Part shown: positions 36,386-48,700 of the stretch, piece after piece
Layout of the letters: each line of letters begins with the position of its first letter
Numbering within the stretch: position 1 is the stretch's first letter
NCBI GenBank assembly: GCA_038087875.1
Contig: JAXLNO010000030.1
Location: 1-64,000 of the forward strand
Direction of reading: 5' to 3'
DNA: 64,000 nucleotides
Origin: Malacoraja senta
Taxonomy: Eukaryota
Notes under the pieces: generated by a model
The model's input: only the letters and a program-made list of their open reading frames with translations
Told to the model about the DNA's origin: nothing
Database searches by the model: none
Program-made: the position numbers and the translations under genes

Positions 36386-37907
36386 TAGAAACATAGAAAA
36401 TAGGTGCAGGAGTAGGCCATTCGGCCCTTCGAGCCTGCACCGCCATTCAATATGATCATGGCTGATCATCCAACTCAGTATCCTGTACCTGCCTTCTCTC
36501 CATACCCCCTGATCCATTTAGCCACAAGGGCCACATCTAACTCCCTCTTAAATATAGCCAATGAACTGGCCTCAACTACCTTCTGTGGCAGAGAATTCCG
36601 CAGATTCACCACTCTGTGTGAAAAATGTTTTTCTCATCTTGGTCCTAAAGGATTTCCCCTTTATCCTTAAACTGTGACCCCTTGTCCTGGACTTCCCCTA
36701 CATCGGGAACAATCTTCCTGCATCTAGCCTGTCCAATCCCTTAAGAATTTTGTAAGTTTCTATAAGATCCCCCCTCAATCTTCTAAATTCTAGCGAGTGC
36801 AAGCCGAGTCTATCCAGTCTTTCTTCATATGAAAGTCCTGACATCCCAGGAATCAGTCTGGTGAACCTTCTCTGTACTCCCTCTATGGCAAGAATGTCTT
36901 TCCTCAGATTTGGAGACCAAAACTGTACGCAATACTCCAGGTGTGGTCTCACCAAGACCCTGTACAACTGCAGTAGAACCTCCCTGCTCCTATACTCAAA
37001 TCCTTTTGCTATGAATGCTAACATACCATTCGCTTTCTTCACTGCCTGCTGCACCTGCATGCCTACTTTCAATGACTGGTGTACCATGACACCCAGGTCT
37101 CGTTGCATCTCCCCTTTTCCTAATCGGCCACCATTTAGATAATAGTCTACTTTCCTGTTTTTGCCACCAAAGTGGATAACCTCACATTTATCCACATTAT
37201 ATCTGCATCTGCCCACTCACCCAGCCTATCCAAGTCACCTTGCACCCTCCTAGCATCCTCCTCACAGCTAACATTGCCCCCCAGCTTCGTGTCATCCGCA
37301 AACTTGGAGATGTTGCATTCAATTCCCCCGTCCAAATCATTAATATATATTGTAAATAGCTGGGGTCCCAGCACTGAGCCTTGCGGTACCCCACTAGTCA
37401 CTGCCTGCCATTCTGAAAAGGACCCGTTTACTCCTACTCTTTGCTTCCTGTTTGCTAGCCAGTTCTCTATCCACATCAATACTGAACCCCCAGAACCGTG
37501 TGCTTTAAGTTTGTATACTAATCTCTTATGTGGGACCTTGTCGTAAGTCTTCTGAAAGTCCAGATATAACACATCCACTGGTTCTCCCTTATCCACTCTA
37601 ATAGTTACATCCTCGAAAAATTCTATAAGATTCGTCAGACATGATTTACCTTTCATAAATCCATACTGACTTTGTCCAATGATTTCACCACTTTCCAAAT
37701 GTGCTGCTATCCCATCTTTAATAACTGACTCTAGCAGTTTTCCCACTACCGATGTTAGACTAACTGGTCTGTAATTCCCCATTTTCTCTCTCCCTCCCTG
37801 TTTAAAAAGTGGGGTTACATTAGCTACCCTCCAAACCTCAGAAACTACTCCAGAATCTAAGGAGCTTACCTAACACCACTTCCCGGCTAACCTGGATTTC
37901 ACTCAGT
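36386..37907 (-). mobile_element. 5'-truncated CR1 LINE inserted in the LTR
   Basis: [33 protein letters not shown], and a (TTTCTATG) tail. Confidence 0.93.
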
Positions 37908-38697
37908 GGCAAGTCTTATGCAAGTACGCATGTGCACGGGGAGACTCAAGGTGGCGTTCTGGAATAAAGGAGCTTGTAAGATTACTCCCGTGTTCGAGCC
38001 TTATTGAAGTCTGTTCCATGCATCCAAATACACAACAATTGGCGATGAGGATAAAAGAACGAAGAAGATAAGAACAAGGACAGCCAAGAAAAACGCAAAC
38101 AAGTTAAAAATAGAGTTGTATTTGGGAAACAAAGTTGGAACAGCACCAAGCCAAAAGATTTGGCGACAAATGGTTTTGGATTGGTGCCAAAAATTTAAAA
38201 AAATTAGGAACGGGAAGCATTATCTCAGGGAAGAGAAGGGAAGACAAGCAGGTCACTAAGGGTCACCGAGCACAGCTGGAAGCTAGGAGCGACGGTGCCC
38301 ACTTAACTGGAATGTATCCAGGGCTGTGCATGCCCACAGCCAGACACAAGCAGCCACACATGTCGGGTGGGGGCCTAGTACCGTGAAGGCCACGAACAGG
38401 TCCAGAGAAGCCACCGACAAAAGAGGACCGTGTAGCCCACGGCCAGCCCCAGTAGCAGCCACAGGCGTCGGGTGAGGGCCTAGTATCGTGTAGGCGACGG
38501 ACAGGTCCAGAGAAGCCACCTACAGAAGCTGAGTCTTCAGCCCGGCCGGGAGCAGTTAGCCCGGTGGGGGGAGAAAGTAGAGAAAGCCCGGTCGCAGGGG
38601 ACGGCCGAGAGCGGGGAAAGCCCGGACATGAAAGGAAGTCCGGCCCCGAGCAAAGAGTGGGTCCGCGAGGGAAATGTAAGACATAGCACTCAAGCAC

Positions 38698-38783
38698 TTC
38701 AGCCCGGTCGGGAGCAGAGTCAGCCCGGTCGGGAGCAGAGTCAGCCCGGTCGGGAGCAGTCAGCCCGGTCGGGAGCAGAGTCA
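38698..38783 (+). repeat. 21-bp tandem repeat (~4 copies) in the LTR-element leader
   Basis: tcagcccggtcgggagcagag repeated. Confidence 0.9.
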
Positions 38784-39654
38784 GGGGGAGATGATAGCTG
38801 AGAAAGCCTGGTCGCGGGAGACGGCCGAGAGTGGAGAAAGCCGACCGTGAGCACAGTCAGCCCGGCCGCAAGACACAAGTCGGCCGCGAGCACGGCCAGT
38901 CCCCAGCCGTGAAGCCAGCAAGCAAGCAAGCCAGTAAAGCAGCAACAGCCAGCCGGGAAGCCAGCAAAAGACAACCCAGGAAGCCAGCAAAAGCCAGCCA
39001 GCCTGGGAGGCCAGCAATGGCCAGCCTGTAAAGACAGCGAGGGCCAGCCCGTGAAGCCAGCAAAGCTAGTCCGTGAGATCAGCCCGAGAGGTCGCTGAGG
39101 CTCCGGAGTCCCGGACTGTACGAATTTAATGTATTGGTCACTGTTATCAATGATTTAAGTAAATATGTGTGCATAGCAGGTATATGGCTTAAAATGTTCT
39201 AGTTTACCTATTAACAGGAAATGTTGGTTAATAGTATAAATCTATTATTAAAAGATTAAGTAATAGACAGTGAGCTGGATAATCTCTTAGAATGTAGAAG
39301 GATTAAGTCCAGGGCAGAAAAGAGAACAGAATATAGGGCACCTGGATAGCAACAGGTAGCATGGCTATTCAAATGGCTATTCCCCAGTTCGATTCTGTGT
39401 GCAATTTTGAGAAATGGACTTGGAGGCTTCGTTGATTTCCAATGATATCACTGCAGAGGAGAAGAAGAGAGCATGTTTCATATGCGGCTTAGGAAGAGAG
39501 GATTATCACACCTTACATACGTTACTGCGGCCAGCAAAGCCCACGGAGAAAACGTGCGAGGAGTGTAAGGAGGTATTAATGGCTCATTTCTCGCCAAAAC
39601 CTCCAAGGGCATCCAGAGGCAAGGAGCCTGAACTAAAGAGGGCAGGGAGTCCCT

Positions 39655-39830
39655 CAAAGGACAAATGCAAAAGGACAAAGGTCAAGTGCAAAAGGACAAA
39701 GGTCAAGTGCAAAAGGACAAAGGTTGTGCAAAAGGACAAAGGTCAAGTGCAAAAGGACAAAGGTCAAGTGCAAAAGGACAAAGGTCAAGTGCAAAGGGAC
39801 AAAGGTCAAATGCAAAAGGACAAATGCAAA
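39655..39830 (+). repeat. 21-bp tandem repeat (~8 copies) at the end of the gag remnant
   Basis: gtgcaaaaggacaaaggtcaa repeated (VQKDKGQ in one frame). Confidence 0.92.
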
Positions 39831-39865
39831 GTGACAGAAGTCAAAGGCAAAGGGAAATTGCCATC

Positions 39866-41212
39866 CAAAGGGCAACCCCAGCTATTCAAGCTGCATTCAG
39901 GGGTATGAAGGTACGGAGAGAGATCCGGAACAAACAGAAGGCAGCAACGGTAATACAAGCAGCAGTTAGTAGCAATGTTACAAAATTTTGAGATTTAGAA
40001 AATAAAGTCTGCAATTTATCCCATCAGATAAAGCATAAAAAGAAGTTTAATTTGACACTTAATTCACTTTCATATCTTCAGTATTAAAAAAGTTATGGCC
40101 ATTATCATACTCAGAAATTAGCATCTAGTTCCCTATTGCTTTTCCATTGACTTAACACAAAAGCTGTGATCGAGGACAGTTAAAAGCCCATAACTTTCTT
40201 AAAAATTATGGTAACTGAAAGAAATTTTCAGGTATTATAGATTGAAGCATTCTGAAACAAATATGAAACAATCTTACTTCGAAGACATGAAAGTAAAGCA
40301 TATAATTAGTTAGTTACCTAATTGTAGCTAATTACAAAATTCAATTACTAGATCTAAACATCTATCAATTTCTTAAGAATAGATTAACATTTTTAAATAG
40401 CCTAAGTGTCCAAATAACATTCACACAATAATTCACAATATAACATAATTTTTTAATCTAATTTTCATGAATTTACAGGCCAAATGGAAGGAATTGAATG
40501 TTTAATACCTGTAAATTAATGGGGATTTAATTCATCTTGCGAGTGAGAATTTCTGGAACGCGATCTTTTGGAACGTTCATTTGCGGTGAATTTAACCCCG
40601 TATTGGCATGAAAAATACTGCCGTTAATTCGGGGAATAAAATCACCGTGTCGCATGACAAAATGTGAATTAAAGGCTTCTTAAGAAGCACTTTTATACAT
40701 TTAAAGAAAGCACTTTCGTTTACCTGTCCATTGTGTGAAATCCGTCCCCGTTATTGGCGTTGACGCTTCAGGAGCTGATTTTAAAATGACTGTAGCGCTG
40801 ACATTGACGATTTAATAAATTAAAAAAAATCACAAAACGCGGGTAGGAACGATTTTGTCAGCGAAGTTTTGTACTCCAACAAAATATTTCCAGGACAAGG
40901 GAGAAGAAACCGCGTTTTAACCCCGCCCCCCCCTTAAAGGCGCCAAAATCGCGCACACGGCCAGTGGCAGAATTACAGCGCGACTGAAGGTAAGTTTTGT
41001 AACATACCTACAGTTAGAATGCACAGAGTATACCGTCAATACAAGGCAATGAGATTGGCAGCTATAATAGTACAAACCCATTATAAGTCACACCTTCAAA
41101 TGGTAAGTGATCGCAAAACTTACATGAAGGTACGCAGCAGCGTTGTGCTGCTTCAGGCTGCCTACCGAGGAATGCTTGTTCGAAGGCAATTGCGGTGCAT
41201 GCACAAATCTGC
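39866..41212 (+). pseudogene. ASPM: Captured ASPM-like IQ-motif coding fragment (39866-39969 plus 41018-41212), split by a TIR element
   Basis: Joined frame: RATPAIQAAFRGMKVRREIRNKQKAATVIQAAVRMHRVYRQYKAMRLAAIIVQTHYKSHLQMVSDRKTYMKVRSSVVLLQAAYRGMLVRRQLRCMHKSA. It contains four IQxxxR motifs with ASPM-like spacing. Confidence 0.8.
39970..41010. mobile_element. Non-autonomous TIR DNA transposon, copy 2 (1041 bp)
   Basis: TIRs tagcaatgttacaaaattt / aagttttgtaacataccta and flanking direct repeat cagttag. Confidence 0.92.
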
Positions 41213-43496
41213 GTATAGTTCATGTATAGTTCCTGCAGGGTGGCCGAGTGTAGTTCCCATAGTGCGTTCGGCTGAACGCACTATTCTCTGCAGAGCCTTC
41301 TTGTCCTGGGCAGAGCAGTTCCCAAACCAAATCGTGGTTTCTACAGCCGCTGAGTAGAAGCACTGGAGGATCCTCAGAGACACTCTGAATTTGCTCAGCT
41401 GCCTGAGGTGGTAAAGACGCTGCCTTGCCTTACTCACCAGTGCTGCAGCGTGTGATGTCCATGTCAGATCCTCTGAGATGTGGGCTCCCAGGTATTTATA
41501 CCAGCTCACCCTATCCACAGTATCCCCATTTATCTTCAGTGGCGTGTACGTCCTCTGATGTTGTGCCTTCCTAAAGTCCACGATCAGCTCTTTAGTTTTT
41601 TTGACATTCAAGAGGCTGTTGTCCTGACACCAGAGTGCCAGATCAGCCACCTCTTCCAACATGAGAGATGCTACCCCTTACCGTGGGGACGATGTTATCG
41701 GCTATTGTTGCAATGAAGTCGGTGACCGCTTCTGCAAACTCACTGACGTCACTGGAACTTGCATGGAACATTCCAGTCAACATCGCTCAGTGCATCTTGC
41801 AGCATGGCCTCTGACTGGTCGGACCACCCACCGCTTTACGTCCCTCGTCTCTGCCGCTTCCCGTACTATCCGTTGTTTATACTCCGGCAGCAGGAAAATG
41901 GCAGCCTGGTCAGATTTTCCAAAGGGAGGGAGTGAAACGGCCTTGTAGCCCTTCTGGAACGGCATATAGCAGTGGTCCAATGTTCTTTCCCCCCTGGTGG
42001 CACACATGATGTGTTGGTAGAAGTTGGGCATGACCTTCTTGAGATTTGATTTATTAAAATCTCCAGCCAAAGCCGCATCCGGGGTCTTGTTTTGGTGTTG
42101 ACATAGCACATGGTGTAGGGCCGATAGTGCCACGTTTATGCACTGGGTGGAATGTAGACGGCTGTGATGATCACTGAGCCGAACTCCTGGGGAAGGTAGA
42201 ATGGGCGTCATGAGATCGTCAGGTGCTCCAGGTCCGGCGAGCAGGAATGGGAAAGCATCTTGATATTTCCAGGGTTGCACCAGTTATTATTGGTCATGAC
42301 ACAGACTCCTCCACCCTTGGATTTCCCAGATTCTTCTGTTCTGTCGGCACGGTAAACAGTGAAGGACTCGGTTGGGCAGATTACCTGATCCGGCACCAGC
42401 CATGTCTCCGTCAGACAGAGGATGTTGCAGTCCCTTACGTCCCGCTGGAATCTGACCCTCGCCCTGAGGTCATCCAGCTTGTTCTCCAGGGATTGGACGT
42501 TCGCCAGAAGAATGCTGGGCAGAGGAGAACAGAAGGCTTGGGGTCTCAGCCTATTCCGAATCCCCTCCCCGCTTACCCCGATGTTTTCTCCGGGTCTCCC
42601 ATTGTTGTTGCCACGGCGTGCTCTCAGCTGGCCATGCTGGATCGGTGAGTAGTGTTTAAAAAGTCTCCGGTTACATTAAAGTTTAGTTTTACCAGAGTTT
42701 CCAGGTCATACGTTGTTAGTGCTAGAGAGTTAGTACTAAAAAATAAATTTAAAATGAACATACAAGTTAAAAATACGCACAGTTTCCGTGGAGCTACCAC
42801 GACGGCTACTGGACCCGGCCGCGCCATCTTTGCTTATATCATCGAGACCATTCTTCAGACTGAGAGTCAAGGGAATGGGAAACAAGAGGTATGGGAAGGC
42901 ACAGAACAGATCAGAGCCAGAAACGATGGCCCAGGAAAGGTGGAGCCCACAATGGTCTATTGCTGATCATGGAAGAGATACAAACAGTGAAACTAGCAAA
43001 ACAATAAAGTGGGGGAGGAACAGAGAGAGGGAAAGCAAGGGTTACTTGAAGTTAGAGAAGTCAATGTTCATACCGCTGGGGTGTAAGCTGCCCACACGAA
43101 ATATGAGGTGCTGTTCCTCCAATTTGGTTGTTTGTAACTATGAAACACCAGTATGCAGCCATCTAGATAGCTATCTAGCTATCCAGTCTGCAACCGTGTT
43201 GCTAGCTACCTAGTTATCCAGTTGGTAGTTCAGTGCTAAGCCACCGGGAGATCAGGTTGGTTATTGCGAACCGAGCGGAGGTGTTCGGCGAAGCGATCGC
43301 CAAGCCTACGCTTGTCTCACCGATGTAGATCAGCTGACATCTAGAGAAGAGGTTGGAGGAGGTGCAGGTGAACCTCTGTCGCACCTGGAAAAATTGCTTG
43401 GGTCCTTGAATGGAGTCAAGGGGGGAGGTAAAGCGACAAGTGTAGCATTTCTTGCGGTTGCAAGGGAAAGTGCCAGGAGAATCAGGTGAATCAAGT

Positions 43497-45130
43497 GCCA
43501 GGTGAATCAAATTGGCAGGGGTGCTGAGGAAGAGGATTTCTTGGAATGTATGCGGGATAGTTATCTAAATCAACATGTAGAGGAACCAACGAGAGAGCAG
43601 GCTATTTTAGACTGGGTATTGAGTAATGAGGAAGGGTTAGTTAGCAGTCTTGTTGTACGTGCCCCCTTGGGCAAGAGTGACCATAATATGGTTGAGTTCT
43701 TCATTAGGATGGAGAATGACATTGTTAATTCAGAAACAATGGTTCTGAACTTAAAGAAAGGTAACTTTGAGAGTATGAGACATGAATTGGCCATGATTGA
43801 CTGGCAATTAATTCTAAAAGGGTTGACGGTGGACATGCAATGGAAGACATTTAAAGACTGCATGGATGAACTACAAAAATTGTTCATCCCAGTGGCAAAA
43901 GAATAAATCAGGGAAGGTAGTGCATCCGTGGATAACAAGGGAAATCAGGGATGGTATCAAATCGAAAGATGATGCGTACAAATTAGCCAGAAAAAGCACC
44001 ATACCAGAGGACTGGGAGAAATTCAGAGACCAGCAGAGGAGGACAAAGGGCTTAATTAGGAAAGGAAAAATAGATTATGAAAGAAAACTGGCAGGGAACA
44101 TAAAAACTGACTGCAAAAGTTTTTATAAATATGTAAAAAGAAAGAGATTAGTTAAAACAAATGTAGGTCCCTTGCAGTCAGAAACAGGTGAGTTGATCAT
44201 GGGGAACAAGGATATGGCGGACCAATTGAATAACTACTTTGGTTCCGTCTTCACTAAGGAAGACATAAATAATCTGCCGGAAATAGCAGGGGACCGCGGG
44301 TCAAAGGAGTTGGAGGAATTGAGTGAAATCCAGGTTAGTCGGGAAGTGGTTTTGGGTAAATTGAATGGATTAAAGGCCGATAAATCCCCAGGGCCAGATA
44401 GGCTGCATCCCAGAGTACTTAAGGAAGTAGCTCCAGAAATAGTGGATGCATTAGTAATAATCTTTCAAAATTCTTTAGATTCTGGAGTAGTTCCTGAGGA
44501 TTGGCGGGTAGCAAACGTAACCCCACTTTTTAAGAAGGGAGGGAGAGAGAAAACGGGGAATTACAGACCAGTTAGTCTAACATCGGTAGTGGGGAAACTG
44601 CTAGAGTCAGTTATTAAAGATGGGATAGCAGCACATTTGGAAAGTGGTGAAATCATTGGACAAAGTCAGCATGGATTTACGAAAGGTAAATCATGTCTGA
44701 CGAATCTTATAGAATTTTTCAAGGATGTAACTAGTAGCGTGGATAGGGGAGAACCAGTGGATGTGGTGTATCTGGACTTCCAGAAGGCTTTTGACAAGGT
44801 CCCACATAAGAGATTAGTATACAAACTTAAAGCACATGGCATTGGGGGTTCAGTATTGATGTGGATAGAGAACTGGCTGGCAAACAGGAAGCAAAGAGTA
44901 GGAGTAAACGGGTCCTTTTCACAATGGCAGGCAGTGACTAGTGGGGTACCGCAAGGCTCAGTGCTGGGACCCCAGCTATTTACAATATATATTAATGACC
45001 TGGATGAGGGAATTGAAGGCAATATCTCCAAGTTTGCGGATGACACTAAGCTGGGGGGCAGTGTTAGCTGTGAGGAGGATGCTAGGAGACTGCAAGGTGA
45101 ATTGGATAGGCTGGGTGAGTGGGCAAATGT
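43497..45130 (+). mobile_element. CR1 ORF2 internal fragment (EN C-terminus to RT), truncated at both ends
   Basis: PTREQAILD, LGKSDH, and a 427-aa ORF with [22 protein letters not shown]. Confidence 0.93.
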
Positions 45131-45294
45131 TACACTGAGAATAAATTAAGAATGTGAGGGGGTAAAGAATGATCTGATGATTTATGTGGATTATTGTAAC
45201 AACACACCAGTTGTTGTTGTAAAGATTCAGTGTTGGAGCTCGTTATTGTGCTCCTTTACAGTAGCTCTATCGTAAATCTACATTTACAGGTGGC

Positions 45295-45720
45295 CTTCAC
45301 TAATTCACCATTTAAAGGTGCCCTCTCCTAATTCACCATTTAAAGGTGCCCTCTCCTAATTCACCATTTAAAGGTGCCCTCTCCTAATTCACCATTTAAA
45401 GGTGCCCTCTCCTAATTCACCATTTAAAGGTGCCCTCTCCTAATTCACCATTTAAAGGTGCCCTCTCCTAATTCACCATTTAAAGGTGCCCTCTCCTAAT
45501 TCACCATTTAAAGGTGCCCTCCTAATTCACCACTTAAAGGTGCCCTCTCCTAATTCACCATTTAAAGGTGCCCTCTCCTAATTCACCATTTACAGATGCC
45601 TTCCCCATTTACCATTTAAAGGTGCCCTCCCCTAAATCACCTTCCCATCTACATGCCCTCCCCTAAATCCACATTTACAGGTGCCCTCCCCTAACCACCC
45701 CTCCCCATTTATAGGCACAC
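45295..45720. repeat. 28-bp minisatellite, degenerating rightwards
   Basis: taattcaccatttaaaggtgccctctcc, about 10 near-perfect copies followed by diverged copies. Confidence 0.95.
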
Positions 45721-48700
45721 CTATCCAGCATATGTAGCTACCAGTATATTGCTCAGTCTAGCAAGTACCTAGTTATCCAGTATATAGATCAGTCTAGCAA
45801 GCAACCTGGCAATCGAGGATGTAGCCATCCAGCTATCTACCTAGCTATCCAGTAAGTAGCTCAGTCAAGCTACCTACCTATCTATTAGTATGTATCTCAG
45901 TCTAGCTAGCCATCTAGCTGTCCAGCATGTACCCATTTGGCTAGCTTTCTAGCTATCCAGTATGAAGCTGTTTAGCTAGCTACCTAGCTATCCAATATGT
46001 AGCTCAGTCCAGCTAGCTACCAAGATATTTTAATGCTAGGAGCATTGTAAGAAAGGTGGATGAGCTTAGAGTCTGGATTGACACCTGGAAGTATGAAGTT
46101 GTGGCGATCAGTGAAACATGGTTGCAGGAGGGCTGTGATTGGAAACTAAATATTCCAGGATTTCGTTGCTTCAGGGGTGATAGAATTGGAGGGGCAAGAG
46201 GTGGGGGTGTTGCATTGCTTGTCAGCAGTGCTTTGGAAGGATAGATTAAAGGGCTCGTCTAGGGAGGCTATTTGGGTGGAGCTGAGAAATGGGAAAGGTG
46301 TAGCAACACTTATAGGGGTGTATTATAGACCGCCAAATGGGGAGCGAGAATTGGAAGAGCAAATATGTAAGGAGATAGCAGATATTAGTAGTAAGCACAA
46401 GGTAGTGATTGTGGGAGATTTCAATTTTCCACACAAAGACTGGGAAACACATTCTGTAAAAGGGCTGGATGGTTTGGAGTTTGTAAAATGTGTGCAGGAT
46501 AGTTTTTTGCAGCAATACATAGAGGTACCTACTAGAGAAGGGGCAGTGCTGGACCTCCTGTTAGGAAATGAGACAGGGCAGGTGGCGGAGGTAAGCGTCG
46601 GGGAGCACTTCGGGTCCAGTGATCACAATACCATTAGTTTCAATATAATTATGGAGAGGGTCAGAACTGGACCTAGGGTTGAGATTTTTGATTGGAGAAA
46701 GGCTAACTTTGAGGAGATGTGAAAGGATTTAAAAGGAGTTAATTGGGATGTTGTTTTATGGGAAGGATGTAGAAGAGAAATGGAGGACATTTAAAGGTGA
46801 CATTTTAAGAGTACAGAATCTTTATGTCCCTGTTCGGTTGAAAGGAAATAGTAAAAATTGGAAAGAGCCATGGTTTTCAAGGGAAATTGGACACGGTTCG
46901 GAAAAAGAGGGAGATCTACAATAATTATAGGCAGCATGGAGTAAATGAGGTGCTTGAGGAGTATAAAGAATGTAAAAAGAATATTAAGAAATAAATTAGA
47001 AAAGCTAAAAGAAGATATGAGGTTGCTTTGGCAAGTAAGGTGAATGTAAATCCAAAGGGTTTCTACAGCTATATTAATAGCAAAAGGATAACAAGGAATA
47101 AAATTTGTGCATTAGAGAGTCAGAGTGGACAGCTATCTGCAGAGCCAAAAGAGATGGGGGAGATATTGAACAATTGCTTTTCTTCGGTGTTCACCAAGGA
47201 GAAGGATATGGAATTATGTGAGGTAAGGGAAACAAGCAGAGTAGCAATGGAAACTATGAGATTCAAAGAAGAGGAGGTGTGGACACTTTTGAAAAATATG
47301 AAAACGGATAAGTCTCCAGGTCCCGACAGGATATTCCCGAGGACATTGAGGGAAGTTAGTGTAGAAATAGCAGGGGCTGTGACAGAAATATTTCAAATGT
47401 CATTAGAAACGGGAATAGTACCGGAGGATTGGCGTACTGCGCATGTTGTTCCGTTGTTTAAAAAGGGTTCTAAGAGTTAACCTAGCAATTATAGACCTGT
47501 TAGTTTGACGTCAGTTGTGGGCAAATTAATGGAAAGGATACTTAGAGATAATATATATAAGCATCTGGATAAGCTGGGTCTGATTAGGAACAGTCAACAT
47601 GGATTTGTGCCTGGAAGGTCATGTGGGGTGCCTCAGGGGTCTTTGTTGGGTCCACTGTTGTTTGTCATGTACATCAATGATCTGGATGATGGTGTGGAAA
47701 ATTGGATTAGTAAGTATGCAGAAGATACTAAGATGGGTGGTGTGGTGGATAATGAAGTAGATTTTCAAAGTCTACAGAGAGATTTAGGCCATTTGGAAGA
47801 GTGGGCTGAAAGATGGCAGATGGAGTTTAATGCTGATAAATGTGAGGTACTACATCTCGGCAGGACAAATCAAAATAGGACGTACATGGTAAATGGTAGA
47901 GAATTGAGGAATGCAGTTGAACAGAGGGATCTAGGAATAACTGTGCATAGTTCCCTGAAGGTGGAATCTCATGTAGATAGGGTGGTAAAGAAAGCTTTTG
48001 GTGTGCTGGCCTTTATAAATCAGAGCATTGAATATAGAAGTTGGGATGTAATGTTAAAATTGTACAAGGCATTGGTGAGGCCAATTCTGGAGTATGGAGT
48101 ACAATTTTGGTCGCCTAATTATAGGAAGGATGTCAACAAAATATAGAGTACAGAGGAGATTTACTAGAATGTTGCCTGGGTTTCAGCACCTGTTACAGAG
48201 AAAGGTTGAACAAGTTAGGTCTTTATTCTTTGGAGCGCAGAAGGTTAAGAGGGGACTTGATAGAAGTCTTTATAATTATGAGCGGGTTAGACAGAGTTGA
48301 CGTGGATAAGCTTTTTCCATTGAGAGTAGGGAAGATTCAAACAAGGGGACATGACTTAAGAATTAAGGGACAGAAGTTTAGGGGTAACATTAGGGGGAAC
48401 TTCTTTACTCAGAGAGTGGTAGCTGTGAATGAGCTTCCAGTGGAAATGGTGGAGGCTGGTTCGATTTTATCCTTTAAAAATAGATTGGATGGGTATATGG
48501 ACGGGAAAGGAATGGAGGGTTATGGTCTGAGTGCAGGTAGATGGGACTAGGGGGAAGTATTTATTTTAAAAAGTTTAAATTAAAAAAATTAAAAATAAAG
48601 TTCGGCACGGTCTTGAAGGGCCGAGATGGCCTGTTTCCGTGCTGTAATGGTTATATGGTTATATCCAGTATGTAGCCATCTAGTTAGCTATCAAGCTATC

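Larger units (their letters stand above)
36339..39865 (+). mobile_element. Gypsy-like LTR retrotransposon 5' half: LTR (36339-38037, split by CR1), PBS, leader, gag N-terminus; no 3' LTR
   Basis: TGTT..AACA termini, AATAAA at ~37963, PBS-like tggcgatgagga at 38040, and gag ..SNDITAEEKKRACFICGLGREDYHTLHTLLRPAKP..HFSPKP. Confidence 0.8.
35972..42830 (-). mobile_element. Rex1/Babar-clade LINE with internal deletions (pieces 35972-36338 and 41220-42830)
   Basis: 5' end aagatggcg. EN motifs DRT..SGK..GGGVC, AGDFN, TLDHCY, SDQ. C-terminal [35 protein letters not shown]. Confidence 0.85.
35862..43490 (-). mobile_element. Penelope-like element (pieces 35862-35972, 42841-43125, 43232-43490) hosting the Rex1/LTR nest
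   Basis: The repeat reads through gacgttttgggtc|gagaccattcttcagactga across the nest. GIY-YIG region: PCNRKKCYTC..FTCTSSNL..CQLIYIGET. Confidence 0.8.

Noticed and set aside
39866..41212. Functional ASPM gene
   Set aside because: Only ~300 bp is present, bounded by TE sequence without flanking splice sites, and disrupted by an insertion. No other ASPM domains were seen.
45295..45600. 28-bp repeats of CRISPR-like length
   Set aside because: The repeats are head-to-tail with no spacers and no cas genes, in a eukaryotic context.
1..48665. Inverted match between 1-190 and 48460-48665 as ends of a giant element or inversion
   Set aside because: They are independent 3' ends of the same abundant CR1 family, and a third copy lies at 5581.
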